DNA from: Pecten maximus
Taxonomy: Eukaryota
Assembly: GCF_902652985.1 (NCBI RefSeq)
Contig: NC_047022.1
Location: forward strand, 40,734,001-40,798,000
DNA: 64,000 nucleotides
Direction: 5' to 3'
Part shown: positions 12,501 through 25,337 of the stretch, one piece after another
Layout: the number at the start of each line of letters is the position of its first letter
Position numbering within the stretch: the stretch's first letter is position 1
Notes under the pieces: model-generated
The model's input: the letters and a program-made list of their open reading frames with translations, nothing else
Database searches by the model: none
What the model was told of the DNA's origin: nothing
Position numbers and translations under genes: made by a program

Positions 12501-13380
12501 AGGTCAAGGTGACACAGGTGCACATAGTACAGACACGACATTTAGGCATGGCATATAGTTATCGTTAAGCTTAACCCTGTCAGCTTAACCTGTCAGTACA
12601 TATACGATAACATCCCCCGCTACAGTTCTAAGTCAGATGCAGATAGCCTACAGAAAGACCTAGACAACTTGGCGATAAATATTCCATCCTATCCATCTCT
12701 AATAATAAAAACCATATGCAACTCTCTCACAAGCTACATGGAAATGGACTTAATCATGTGACCGGCGAAATACTTCGGAGTAACTGTCCAGTCAAATCTC
12801 AAGTGGGAAGCCCATATTCAACCCTGGGTATTTTAAGAAGAAGCATCAAAATAGGTTCCAAAAAAGTCAAAACACAAGCATACTTTTCCTTAGTAAGACC
12901 AACCTTGTTCTGCCGGGGATCCAAACTTGAAAAATGACATCAACAAGATTGAAATGGTTCAACGCAGAGCTACCCAACACATTTAGAAACAGCTCTAGTG
13001 TTGGAGCTATGATAGACATCCTAGAGTGATGCTCTTTAGCAAATAGATGTAAAGACGCAAAGCTTGTATCATTCTTTAAAATAAAGTATGACCTAATGGC
13101 CGTAAAGAAAAATCACGCATTCCACACCAAACTGTTTGTCTCCAAATTCCCACTCTAATTAACATCAATTTCGATCATGTAGAAAGCACACTGGGAAATC
13201 TTCATTCTTTCCCAGAACCATCACCGTCTGGAATGCCTTATCGCCACACATCACTCTAGATTCAAATCAGCTCTTCTTCAGGCCTGTTACTAAACCAAAA
13301 TTATCTTATCCATTTTAACCAGCGTTCTAGCTCCCCGCTTCGCCAATTATCTTCAATTTGTTAAAGATGTGCAACATCCG
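9540..13380 (+). mobile_element. Decayed CR1/L2-group LINE (RT to 3' end), interrupted by an LTR element
   Basis: MDFSKALDSV..WIENLL..VPQGSAIGPCLFFFYIKDIP / STVRLLAEDT before 9943. After 12625: SKSDADSLQKDLDNL, TLGILRRSIK..KTQAYFSLVRPTL, IEMVQRRA, SSFFPRTITVWNAL. Many frameshifts. Confidence 0.85.
9943..12624 (-). mobile_element. Young non-autonomous LTR retroelement: 686-bp LTRs, 1.3-kb non-coding interior, GTTC TSD
   Basis: Direct repeats 9943-10628 and 11939-12624, with only 3 differences noticed. GTTC at 9939-9942 and 12625-12628. On the minus strand, PBS TGGTGCCGT (tRNA-His-like) near 11935 and purine tract AAAGAAGGGATG near 10631-10642. Confidence 0.92.
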
Positions 13381-13549
13381 AAAGAACGACACCTTAGAAC
13401 TGTCAAAGGAGCTAAAGTCATGGTTCCACATGAATATCGTTGTGCTTGTACTCCATGAACTTTTGCGATGACGTCAAAATTACTATCATTGTGAAGTCAA
13501 AATAATCATACAAACTGTCTTGCGTTACGTTGAGGCAGATTTTTTTTTT

Positions 13550-13943
13550 CATATTTGACTGCTTAAAAGCGACATTAACATAAAACCATCACTTCTATTA
13601 TATCGCGTTACTGTTAATCACTTCCTAAGATCCGGAAATGCTATTCTACAAACATGTAATACAGATATATTTGAAGAAACTACTTTCGTGCATAGCGAAT
13701 TCAGCATAGGTATTGACACTGTCCACGGGTGTTTACATATTCAGATGGGAATTGTACTAAATATTTTAGACAGATAAGTCACCGAAACATTCCCTCCATC
13801 CGTGCATATCATTTTAAGTAAAATAGATAGATGTTTCAAGAAAGATATAGTTAATTTTGCTTGCCTTGTTGGTCACCTTGCCGCTTCAGTGCCGACTCCT
13901 ATAATACCACATCCCCAATGGTGAGGCTGTATACGGTGGATAT
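13550..13943 (-). repeat. Right copy of the diverged ~380-bp inverted repeat
   Basis: Reverse complement of 9005-9390. Confidence 0.85.
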
Positions 13944-14003
13944 AGGACAATATAGAGTCTCGGGACAGGGTCATCGATAGAGAAAGATATGTGTGAACTT
14001 GAA

Positions 14004-14260
14004 AAAACAAGTACAATCAATGATTGCGAAAGCTCACCGGCGGCGGCACACTATGCATTCATTTTTCATGTATGTATAAACATGTCATTTTGAAACTGTA
14101 CGTCACATAATATCGCTCCTAGACCTCTAATGGATGTATAAACCAAATAAGAAGGATGTGGACTTACAAGCTTTCCAAAAACTTTAAAGTGGGGTGGGAC
14201 GCCGACGCCGACGCCGGGGAATACAGCTCACGGTTACTCGTAACCGGTGAGCTAACAAAT
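14004..14260 (-). mobile_element. Short non-autonomous Helitron/HINE (pearl-like) element
   Basis: AAAACAAG start, GACGCC microrepeat, terminal hairpin AGCTCACGGTTACTCGTAACCGGTGAGCT followed by an A-rich end. The family call is from the structure typical of bivalve HINE-like repeats. Confidence 0.55.
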
Positions 14261-14762
14261 GCCTAGAAGTGAAATATAATCTTAATAAGATTTAGGTTAA
14301 AAGTTTCTATTGAGAAAAGTAACTTAATGGAAGAGGTATACGGCAGTGTGTTTACCAACGAATTTTGCACTGAATAATATATATGAATATTGAAATGTTA
14401 TGAGACAGGCCATGAAACCAATTCAAATCTAAAACTTGAGGAGGCATGACTTACGTATAACCTTTTCTCCTTCAACTCCCGGAAATTGAACGCAAAGATT
14501 GAGCTAACTTGATGTTTGAATAGCTCTGTCACACAGAGAATATTTGATCATGGAGGTTCTCTTCCCAGACATATGAACATAATGTAGATCGTCATTGGTC
14601 TGAAAGCAATCTGTTTGCTATTCGTTTGCCGACGATGATATCATAAATTAATACAAATATGAACAAAAAGAAAGTACATGTACACTGAAGAGGAAAAGGG
14701 AGAGTTTATTTGAAATGTCTCTGACAAAAAACACCATATCGGCAAATGCGGGAATCTCGATT

Positions 14763-15809
14763 TCATGGGGAACACATGATTTTCTGAAACTGTTGCCGAT
14801 ATTCCTTACATGCTATGATGTAGATAGGAAAATTAATGCAAGAATTCGCTATGAAGCAGATGTACCAGAACACCATAAGCATCCACTGAAGGTTGTCTTG
14901 TCTCTGGGCTGTATAGACATCGGAGCGGAGGAATATCACACAGCGGTTAATGGCACTGGGTAGGTTGGTGATGAGAAACACAATCGTCAATATCAGTATT
15001 GTTTTAGTAACCTGGATTTCCCGGGTATGTGCAGGGAGGTTGTGCTTGCGCAGTTGGGACTTCCTGGACTGGTATATGAGTGAGATTATAGTACCGGTAC
15101 TTGCTGCTGCCACCAAGCCTACAGGCGTGAAGCGTAATACTACTTCTATGGCGATATTCAGTATTCTAACCGTGCATTTGTCTTTACCGAATGTGGTTAA
15201 TGATACCGTATCAACAATCTCACCAGTGTCCGTGTTGTTCATTTCCTTGTTCTCATACAAGAAAGCCAGAGGGGCGGAGACAATGGCCGGAATGACGTAA
15301 GCGGCTATGACAGCTGCGATAGCGAATCGTCTACCGCAAAACACTCGAACCTTTAACGGAAATACCACTGCAACAAACCGGTCCACAGCTATCAGAGTGA
15401 CCAGGTAATTACTAATGGAGCCCGGAAGTGGGTTGATGTACGAGACAAATAACGGGACCAACAAGATACGGATACGTTCAGCCAAAAAACAGTCATGGAG
15501 ATCAAGTATCGACATCGAGCAAAACGCGAGACCACAGAGCAAGATCCAAACGTCACACACAGTTAGACCAATCAGATACACGTTTGTAGAAGTTCGTACT
15601 TTCATTGGACAGAGCAGAACAAAGCTGAAAACGTTAAAGACAAGGCCCACCACCGCCATTGTCGGGATAACGCCGCTGTACGTTGCCTTCATAATAGTTT
15701 GTAGAGTGGCATTACTAATGAAGTCACCGGAAACGGATAACTCATCACTTTCGTTTGTAGCTGTCACTGCAATGGCGTTCAGTCCCGTAGCATTCATATT
15801 CTCATTCAT
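14763..15809 (-). CDS. Class A (rhodopsin-like) GPCR, FMRFamide/peptide receptor-like, intronless CDS, 348 aa
   Basis: Seven hydrophobic segments; N-terminal NxS/T sites; GLVFN (TM1), STNVYLIGLTVCD (TM2), AVDRFVAVVFPLK (DRY-like), VFLITNLP (TM6), NSCINFPIY (TM7), helix 8 KEYRQQF. Confidence 0.93.
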   Translation of the reverse strand: MNENMNATGLNAIAVTATNESDELSVSGDFISNATLQTIMKATYSGVIPTMAVVGLVFNVFSFVLLCPMKVRTSTNVYLIGLTVCDVWILLCGLAFCSMSILDLHDCFLAERIRILLVPLFVSYINPLPGSISNYLVTLIAVDRFVAVVFPLKVRVFCGRRFAIAAVIAAYVIPAIVSAPLAFLYENKEMNNTDTGEIVDTVSLTTFGKDKCTVRILNIAIEVVLRFTPVGLVAAASTGTIISLIYQSRKSQLRKHNLPAHTREIQVTKTILILTIVFLITNLPSAINRCVIFLRSDVYTAQRQDNLQWMLMVFWYICFIANSCINFPIYIIACKEYRQQFQKIMCSP

Positions 15810-17934
15810 TCGGTTGCTGAAAAGGAAATTATGATTTTTTATGAGTTAATTGATATCAAAGTTGATTAAAAGTACAAATTAGTTAGTTATAGCAGTGAAG
15901 CTAGTGATCAGCAAGACCGTAGACCTCCCCGTAATACTGTAAATCACAAATAACATTGACCAGAAGTTAACCTCTTATTTCGAGTGTTTAGTTTCCTCCA
16001 TTTACTCATAAGTTTTCAAAACTTCAAATAAAATGCATGTACATAGATGTTACTAAAATATCGTAAGCTTTTGCATATGCATATTATATCGGTTAATAAG
16101 TACTGTACATTTTTACCGAAATACGAGAAAAGATGAAACAATACACGTAATAACCTAGGTGTGTAGATACCATTATATAGAGTATTTAATAGGTACAGTT
16201 CTTTGTATGTATTCTATCTCACGACACAATGAAACTGTTTTGAAGTTTCCATATTGCGTCGGCATTGAAAAAGAGTCGTCTATCAGATTGATATGAAATG
16301 CCAAAATATAGTTTATTGATGTTTTCGTAGTGCGAATGTATTTTTTACTCCGCTTTCACTACATCCTTTTAACGTGTTTTCATGCAAGTTAATGTAAAGG
16401 AGCGTTTAAACTATTTTGACGTATGGTACTACGAACCCCTCAAATATGCTTACAAAAAACCCGTTATCGCTGTAAGTGTTTGATTTTTATCGCTCAGTGA
16501 ATTTGATTTTAATCGTTTGACTGGGTTTTAGGACAGTGTCTGAATGTTTATAATTTCCCAAATCCTAATAATATATTATGATATGAAAAAATATCTTTTA
16601 CAAAGTTAGTAATTTATTGAATTCCTGATCCAAAATTATATTTGATTTAATACTGACTGTCGTTGAGCTATTAACTTGTTACTTGTTATCGAGCTCTTCT
16701 GTCAGGCTTTGGAGCCTGTCTGAGCCATTGGAGCTGATGTTTACATTACAAAATAACGTTAACAGATGTATTATATATAAAAGATGTTACGGATGTTTTG
16801 ATTAGTAACATCGGTGTATAAAGTATTAGAGTTAAAATACATACCGTAGCTAAACCAAGTACCTAATAAACCTGGTGTCACACGAAGTCTGGGTGTGAGA
16901 GTCAAGAGTATTTAGATTTTCATATCGTTAAGTAACATTACAATTGATTCGTCCCTAGTCTCGTCATCAAAAACACGTGGCAGCGCACAAATGATTACAT
17001 GGTCAACCACCCATTCCTTTGCTTCGTGTCTTTAAACAAAGGGGCTATCTTTATGCCGACTCTTTGAACGTTTGACTTATTACATTTGGACTACTATTCA
17101 CCGTCTTTGGATCGTTATACCTTTTCACAAAAAAACCCTGTGAAACTAATTACGACATAACTGGCGTGTCAACAACTGAAGCTGTTCTTTGTTTTATAAC
17201 TTTAATTAATCGTAATCTATAAAAGAAGACTTGACCTCGGTTTTATTGATTTATTGACTTCGTAAATCGACAAAACCTGTGATAAAATTGATAAGAAATG
17301 AAGTCGATTACAGAATGTAAGTTGTGATTATATTATATGCAGTGCTGAAAAATGTCACCTCCATTATTTTCTTTCTGGGTTGATGTTTTGAAATGCAATA
17401 TTAAATCATTGTACACCTACCGACATCCAATTAATTAATTATTTTGATTTTACCTATATATATACTGATTAAATGGTTGTGTTACCTAAAGGGCTACAGA
17501 AGTTGTTAGATTCATTATAAAACCATACGAGTAAATGGGACTTAACTGTGAATTTCGTAATGGTGGTATACTCAAGAAAAAAGCAAAGCTTGGTATTAAA
17601 AAGATTGTAAAACTGTTAACAAACTTATTTATCTAGTAGGCTTATCATTAAGATGACTCACCACAAATAGAATAGCACAAGATAGAAAAAACAGTATGTT
17701 CTGCTTTAGATACATGAAAATAGCAATCTAAATTATGATAAGAAATTATGTGAGAAATTCATGTAGCGAAATGTTTGTAAAGGATTCCATGGTGCAACCT
17801 AAAATATAAAAAAATAACGGTGTCGTATATCTTGAATTAGGCAGGTATTAAAGAGTCTTGCGGAAAATTAAAATTTGAATGTATACGATTGAACTCCCAA
17901 AACAGTATTGATAGAAAGTAACGATAGATCGGTG

Positions 17935-18230
17935 GTTTATGAGGAAATCACCGAGGATTATTTGAGGAAATCACTGAGGGTTATATGAGGAAATCACTAA
18001 GGGTTATATGAGGAAATCACTAAGGGTTATATGAGGAAATCACTAAGGGTTATATGAGGAAATCACCGAGGATTATAGGAGGAAATCACTAAGGGTTATA
18101 GGAGGAAATCACCGAGGATTATAGGAGGAAATCACTAAGGGTTATATGAGGTAATCACCGAGGATTATAGGAGGAAATCACTAAGGGTTATATGAGGAAA
18201 TCACTAAGGGTTATATGAGGAAATCACCGA
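17935..18230. repeat. 23-bp minisatellite (GAGGAAATCACTAAGGGTTATAT), ~13 copies
   Basis: Direct tandem repetition. Confidence 0.92.
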
Positions 18231-19269
18231 AAGTTGACAATAATTATTTTCCAATGATAAAACAGAAAAAAAAGTCTTTTAAAGGTTATTGATAACATTT
18301 GTACAGCAGTTATAGTTTACAGAAATATGTTTGAAAAGAAATTGCCGAAATTTGACTATCGCCACGAAATCAATATTCAGCGACACTAAACTGTTTTGTA
18401 AATTATGTGATCTGAATGACGAGTTTCCCTTAACAGCACTGGTTGTCCTTACTTTCCCCTATTTAACAAATGCAATGTGTACATATTCATGGAATCAATT
18501 TCTGAAAATAACACCAAAGGATTAACTAATTTTACTAAATACTAAACTCGTAATAGGATACGTAAGAGTGTCTTGTATGTAGACAGTAGTGATCTGTATA
18601 ATACTGATGAGTAACAAAATACGTCAACTTGGTATGCATATAGTTAACATTCTATCTACGGCCGTATAACAGTCTAGAGGATCCAATTAGAAAGCCGCTC
18701 TATAAGTCACACAAGACTCCATCTTATCGAGAATAACGAAACTTTTCTGTAGTTTTCTTGAACAGATGTAGTGCACTTGGTATGTTTGTAACATTTTAAC
18801 AACTGAGGGAGTTTTCTTCACTTTATTGAAATAAATTTAATAATCTCATAAACAAACGCCCTTTCATTATTCTGTTGAAGCCGTAGACTTTGCTAAATTA
18901 ACTTTCAAAATTAAAAATATGACTTATACTGTAGCAATAATAATGGTAGTCAATATTCTCTGTGTGTCTTTATGTAAATGTAGAAATACTGGTATAAGAT
19001 AATAACGTATCGATGGACCAGTTTGAGAGCAGAAATGTTTTAACATGAAACATATTCTCACAGGATAGTTCTCGAGAACGTAACCCCCGGATAATAAAAA
19101 TGTATAGAAGGACATAGGAAACAGATAATGTATAACAAGGCTAAACATTGTACAGTATTTTGTATATGAGCTAGTATTTACCAATAAATGTCCGCTAATG
19201 ATATTCTTTCTTTTTTTTTATTTTGAAATTCCTTGTGACCACATCGCAGTATACAAAGATTACAAAAAC

Positions 19270-19645
19270 ACCTATACTACAACCCATGGTATACAAACTT
19301 ACCTACGATAACCCATGGTATACAAACTTACCTACGATAACCCATGGTATACAAACTTACCTACGATAACCCATGGTATACAAACTTACCTACGATAACC
19401 CATGGTATACAAACTTACCTACGATAACCCATGGTATACAAACTTACCTACGATAACCCATGGTATACAAACTTATACCTACCATAACCCATGGTATACA
19501 AACTTATCTACGACAAAGCATGGTATACAAACTTACCTACCATAACGTATGGTATACAAACTTACCTACCATAACCCATGGTATACAAACTTATCTATGA
19601 CAAAGCATGGTATACAAACTTACCTACCATAACGCATGGTATACG
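19270..19645. repeat. 29-bp minisatellite (CATGGTATACAAACTTACCTACGATAACC), ~13 copies
   Basis: Direct tandem repetition. Confidence 0.92.
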
Positions 19646-20054
19646 AAAGTACAGATATCCGAGTATAATGTATCTCTAACTATTTATACATTACTCGAGT
19701 ATATTAGTAAATATGTTACCTATATATCTATCTATATGATATAACGTGTGGATGAAACAGAAAAAAATATGTTACCTGGACTTGTTCCCTAAAGCTGATC
19801 CGGCCGTGTGTGTGGTTGCCGTTGCAATCTCTAGCATATATATGTACGACGTCATCACTCCGCTCGGGTCGGTGCCCGGGTCGGTGCCCGTGTCGGTTAG
19901 GGTGTACGGATGAGTTACGTATTATAGTTGTCTAGTTGCAGCTGGGTTATTATTAAGGCGGAGGAAACTTTGGTTCTTGACTTAATTGTTTGATAATAAA
20001 CTTACATCAAATCACTCTTCTGACTTGACAAAAAAAACCAACAAATTTTACATT

Positions 20055-20812
20055 GTGAATCACCAGGTATTTTAACAAACATGTTTTCTTATGTAAAAAA
20101 TGTGAATGGCAGAACAACTAGATCTTCTATATCAAACAAATTGTATGTTCCAACAGCCAGAACAAACTATTTCAAACGTTCATTTGTATATACATGTTCA
20201 ATTTTATGGAACGAAGCTAATGATACTATTAGAGACTCAGATAGTATTGGGATTTTTAAAACTAGATACCTGCAGCTTTACTTCTCAAAATCTTAGCTAT
20301 ATATATATACCGCAATATTTTATAAATTACTTCAACTAGTCTAGTTTTAATTTCTAAATATTTCTTTTGTGATTATCAATAGAATATACAGTTATATCTG
20401 TGATTAATTCCCTTACACTGATATTTTAGTATAGTAATATTCAATCTCATTCCATAATCTTCCTTTCTAAATTTAATTTTAGATCACCTACTTCATTGTC
20501 CCATTTTAATTCACACTATGTTAGTGTATATTCTGTCAATTTTTACCTTTTGCTATATTAGCATTGTATGTATATTCGACTCCTAGTGCTTTAATCATGC
20601 CCTGCAGTAACACTTGTGTGATATACAAGCGTTCATTTTTAAACCATATTTAAGCTGTGATGATAATTATATATTTATTACATTGTTATATTATATCGTT
20701 ATTTTAAATTATGTCATGCTTGTGTAAATATATTTGATGCAGGGCCATGTTGTAAACTAGACATTGTCTAAATATGTTACCCTGGTTAAATAAAAGATAT
20801 TATTATTATTAT
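20055..20812 (+). mobile_element. 5'-truncated CR1/L2-group LINE 3' end
   Basis: ORF2 tail TRSSISNKLYVPTARTNYFKRSFVYTCSILWN..FKTRY; AT-rich 3' UTR; AATAAA followed by an (ATT)n tail. Confidence 0.8.
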
Positions 20813-21059
20813 AACAAAAAAAAACCCCTGATATCGTACTACCCAACCAGCCAGTAATTATGACAGGATCTGAACCAATTATAAAGCTAGCGGACTGAAT
20901 GTACAAACCAAACCAGAATGCCCGCATTGCATGTTGAAATCAGAGGCAATTTATTAGCTTATTGCTCTCTGGATCAATGGCACTTTTTTAAACAAAAAGA
21001 TTAACCAATGACCATTACCGTATACATGTAACATATGTACATTTGAGTGCATGTACTAA

Positions 21060-24000
21060 CGCGTTGTATGTAAGTTAGTGTGTTTCACGGTGTGTTTTTC
21101 CCAGCCATTTGTTTATAGATTCTTCATATATGAATAAGTCCTTATTTTGATAAATGTCTCCTCTCGTTTTTTGTTACTCAACAGAACCATGTTGCTTTAC
21201 GTGACTGTGATTATACGACTCCTGGTCTTTTTTTTACATGTCATCTTTCAAATTTATATGTACATATTATGACTTCCTTTTTTGCTTACTTAAGATGTCC
21301 TTACTTTTAGAATTCATATATCTAACCTTTTGCTGGACTGCAAGTTTGTCTGAATGTAAACCCAATCGCCTAACAAACTACTCGCGTTTCTGTTTTGATA
21401 ATGGGTAACGATTATATGAGCCATAGAATGGCGATTGGTGTTTTCTATTCCAAGGCTTACAGTTATTGTTTGATTAAGTCGAACTTTATTTTTCTTCTAA
21501 AAATCAGTGAAATTTTAAAAATGAATCATTATATTATTCACTATTTACATTGTATAGTTACCAATATTTTTTCTTGTTTCCATAATTTGGATTTTTCGCT
21601 AGTACAGTGTGTACTTGTATTATTGATTCTACAATGTATGGATGTTAAGCCAAATCCTGGTCCGAGCCTTGACGAGCTTTCACTTTTTCACTTGAATATT
21701 AGAAGCGTTCGAAATAAATTAGAATATGTCGAAGATATAATCAGTGAATATGACGTAATATGTTTAACCGAAACCCATCTTGATGACAGAATATCGTCTG
21801 ACGATTTGACAATCGAAGGTTTTGATGCCCCTTTTAGACGTGATAGAAACTACGCGGGTGGGGGGACTCTTGTTAACGTTAAACATTTATTAAATGTTAC
21901 TAGGTTACATCATCTAGAAAATCCAGAGGATGAAACAGTTTGGGTTCAGATTAATTTAAAAAATACTCAATTATTGTATGTACCGCCTACAGACCAGAAC
22001 ATTCCACTGCGATATTTTGGGAACATCTTCGCGCTTCTTTAAGTAATGCTTTTGATCTGTGTTCAAACGTAATTGTAACTGGTGACCTAAATGTAGACTT
22101 ATTAACTGTTCAACCCACTCACATTTTCTGTGACATCATTAATTCCTTCAGTCTCGTAAATGTTATAAATGAACCAACACGGTTTGGGCAGACAAGAAAT
22201 ACTCTACTAGACCCTATACTTTTATCTGATTCTCTTTCCAGTTCTATTTCTTCAACTGTTGCTATCGATAGGAATATTAGTGACCATGATGGCTGTATGA
22301 CTAGCATCAAAGTACCCGGAATTATTTCTCCGAGTTATATACGTAAAGTTTGGATATATAGAAGAGCTGACTTTTATCGTTTTAATAATCTGTTATCTGA
22401 GTATAATTGGGAAAATATGATTTTGTAGATTTAGCTTGTGATCGTTTTACCGATTTATTTTTACAATTTGCTAATCAATGTATCCCCTCTAAAGAAGTTT
22501 CCATTAGACCTAATGATAAGCCGTGGATGAATTCGGAAATAAGGAAAAATATCAGATTCCGTGATAGGTTATATAAAAAGGCCAAAACGACAAAACGCGA
22601 TCCGGATATTAGGAAATATAAAGACCAGAGAAATAAAGTTAATAACATGAAGAAAAATGCACGCTTAATTTTTTATGAAAATGTTCATGGTCTTATTGAC
22701 GAGTATTATAGTTCGGATCCTTAATCTTACTGGCGACTTGTTAAACGTCTTATGAAATCCAATATGTCAACTGAACAGATTCCAACTCTTATAGATACTG
22801 ATTCTAATTCTCTAGCCACTACAGACTCCGAAAAAGCTAATCTATTAAATAAATACTTTTGTGGCATTACCAGTCTTGATGACAGTGAACATGTATTACC
22901 ATTTTTTCCCTCTAGAACTAATAATACATTAAGTAATATAATAGTTACACAAAGTGAAGTTAAAGATGTTTTAAAAATACTGAAACTCGGCAAGGCATCT
23001 GGCCATGATGGAATCAGCCATCATATGTTGAAATATACTGTTGAGTCTGTTTGTATACCATTAACATTGTTATTTAACTTATCCTTATCAACATGTGTTT
23101 ATCCAGATGTATGGAAAACTGCAAATGTTATGCCTCTATTCAAGAAAAATGATAGGTATTCTGTAACTAATTATAGACCAATTTCTCTTTTATCAACAGT
23201 AGGAAAAGTGTTCGAGAGAGTTGTGTACAAACATATGCATAATTTTATGTTAGAGAATTCATTGTTTTATCAGTATCAGTCAGGTTTCATGCCAGGTCAT
23301 TCCACTGTTTTTCAGTTAATTGAACTATACCACAAAATCTGTTAGGCCCTCGAAGAAAAAAAGCACACGTGCATGATATTTTGCGACATTTCCAAAGCTT
23401 TTGATCGTGTATGGCATCGGGGACTTATTACTAAGTTAAAATCATATGGTTTTACTGGTGAACTTATAAAATGGCTTGAAAATTATCTTTCAAATCGTAA
23501 GCAGAAAGTCTTTATAAACAATTAATTTTCATCTCTTAGTACGATTAAAGCAGGGGTGCCTCAAGGCTCGATTCTAGGACCTCTTCTATTTCTGATATAC
23601 ATAAATGATATAGCCGATTTTCTTGAATCAGTTTCTAGACTCTTTGCAGATGATACTTCTCTTTTAGTTTCCCCCCACTCCTGTCAAGAGATAGAGCAAA
23701 TACTTAACAGAGATCTTGAAGTATTGAACACCTGGGCTAAAACATGGTTAGTTACGTTTAACCCTAATAAAACCGAAATGATTTTCATATCTAATTCAAA
23801 CGAAATTGAAGCAGACCTTGATATTGTTTTTGATGGAATTTTTGTAAATTTTACCGAGACTCATCGGCATCTTGGTGTATTAATCAGTTCATCTGCTAAA
23901 TGGGGAGATCATGTTAATTCTATATATAAGTCCGCTATGAAAAAGATCAATATGTTAAGGAAATTGAAATTCATATTAAAACGAGATGCTCTACTTAGAA

Positions 24001-24932
24001 TTTACAAAACTTTTATTTTACCTATTTTAGACTCTATAAAATTAGAATTAGTCCAACGTGAGGCAGCACGAATTATCACTGGTTTACCATCATATGTAAA
24101 TGTTTCAGCTTTATACTCAGAAACGAGCCTTGAGACACTCTCTGAGAGACGAAAACGAAGAAAATTAAGTCTATTCTACAAAATGGATAGGAACTTAACT
24201 CCACATTATCTTAATTCTCTTCTTCCTCCAAATGTCGGCGATACTAACAACTACATCTTACGAACTAACAATAATTACAGAATTCCCCACTACAGACTCT
24301 CCCTTACTACCTCCTCCTTTATACCTTCATCTCTACACATGTGGAATGACCTGGACGTAACTACTAGATCATCTCCTTCCTTGGCAACTTTAAAAAAAAG
24401 TATATCCAGGTCTGATGAAGATAAATACCCAACATTTTATAATTTTGGTGACAGAAAGACAAATATTATCCATACTAAATTACGACATAGATGCAGTGCA
24501 TTGAATTATGATTTGTTCCGTGTAAATCTCATAAATAGTCCAGATTGTAGTTGTGGAAATCGTTGCGAGAGTGCCTATCATTATTTCTTTGAATGTGAAA
24601 AGTATGTAAATTGCAGAGGCATTTTATTTGACAATTTAAGAAACTTAAATATTAATATAACATTGAATACTTTATTGTATGGTAACAATCTGTATGCCGA
24701 TAATGTAAATCTAAATATTTTCAGACATGTGCATTATTTTAAGTCCAGCAAAAGATTTTAAGATATACATTCGTACTATATATACATGTATATAATGTGT
24801 TATATTTCATTAATATTGTCTAAGCCAATAAATATTATATTGTATTTAGGAGAGGGCGTCAATAAAATAACTTGTGCCTCATCCTTTTGTTCACTTAATT
24901 GACAATAAAATATGTTTAAACTAAACTAAACT
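21060..24932 (+). mobile_element. Near full-length CR1-group LINE (APE endonuclease, RT, C-terminal Cys/His), disabled
   Basis: ATG at 21401. HLNIRS, VICLTETHL, GDLN and SDH (APE); NYRPISLLS, DISKAFD, PQGSILGP, LFADD (RT); CSCG..ESAYHYFFEC. AATAAA and (CTAAA)n tail. Frameshifts at ~21980 and ~22410, stops at 22722 and 23343. The 5' boundary is approximate. Confidence 0.93.
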
Positions 24933-25337
24933 ACCGAATGTCCTTGTTTAGTCTTAGGGAAATAGTTTCCGACACCGACATACGCTGTGATGAAACAACA
25001 CTACTGACATGTCTAACAGTGTTATCGTATAGAAATAATTCGCCTCGTTCTGGAAAGCATGTCTGAATGCTGCAAGACCTTTGTGATTTCGAAGTGTCTT
25101 AATGTCTTGTTTTTTGTTTTATTATTTTTCAATATCAAAGTAAGATACCGTTGCTCATTGTGTAATATATATGTCATGCTTGTCTTGAATGAGATCCGAA
25201 GCAATTATTCATAACTATGTTTTTTTTCCCTTATGTTTGTGACTTTTAAAACAACACTTTATTTAGCTTAGCTATTCATGACAGGTTTTGGTGTTCACAG
25301 ATTGTTGTGGTGGTAATAAATCATTTCCTGATTGTCT

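Noticed and set aside
10326-12549. Cys-rich 75/95-aa ORFs in the two LTRs
   Set aside because: They lie within LTRs, one copy has a premature stop, and no domain is recognisable.
14715-15834. Plus-strand ORFs overlapping the GPCR
   Set aside because: Antisense shadows of the real CDS.
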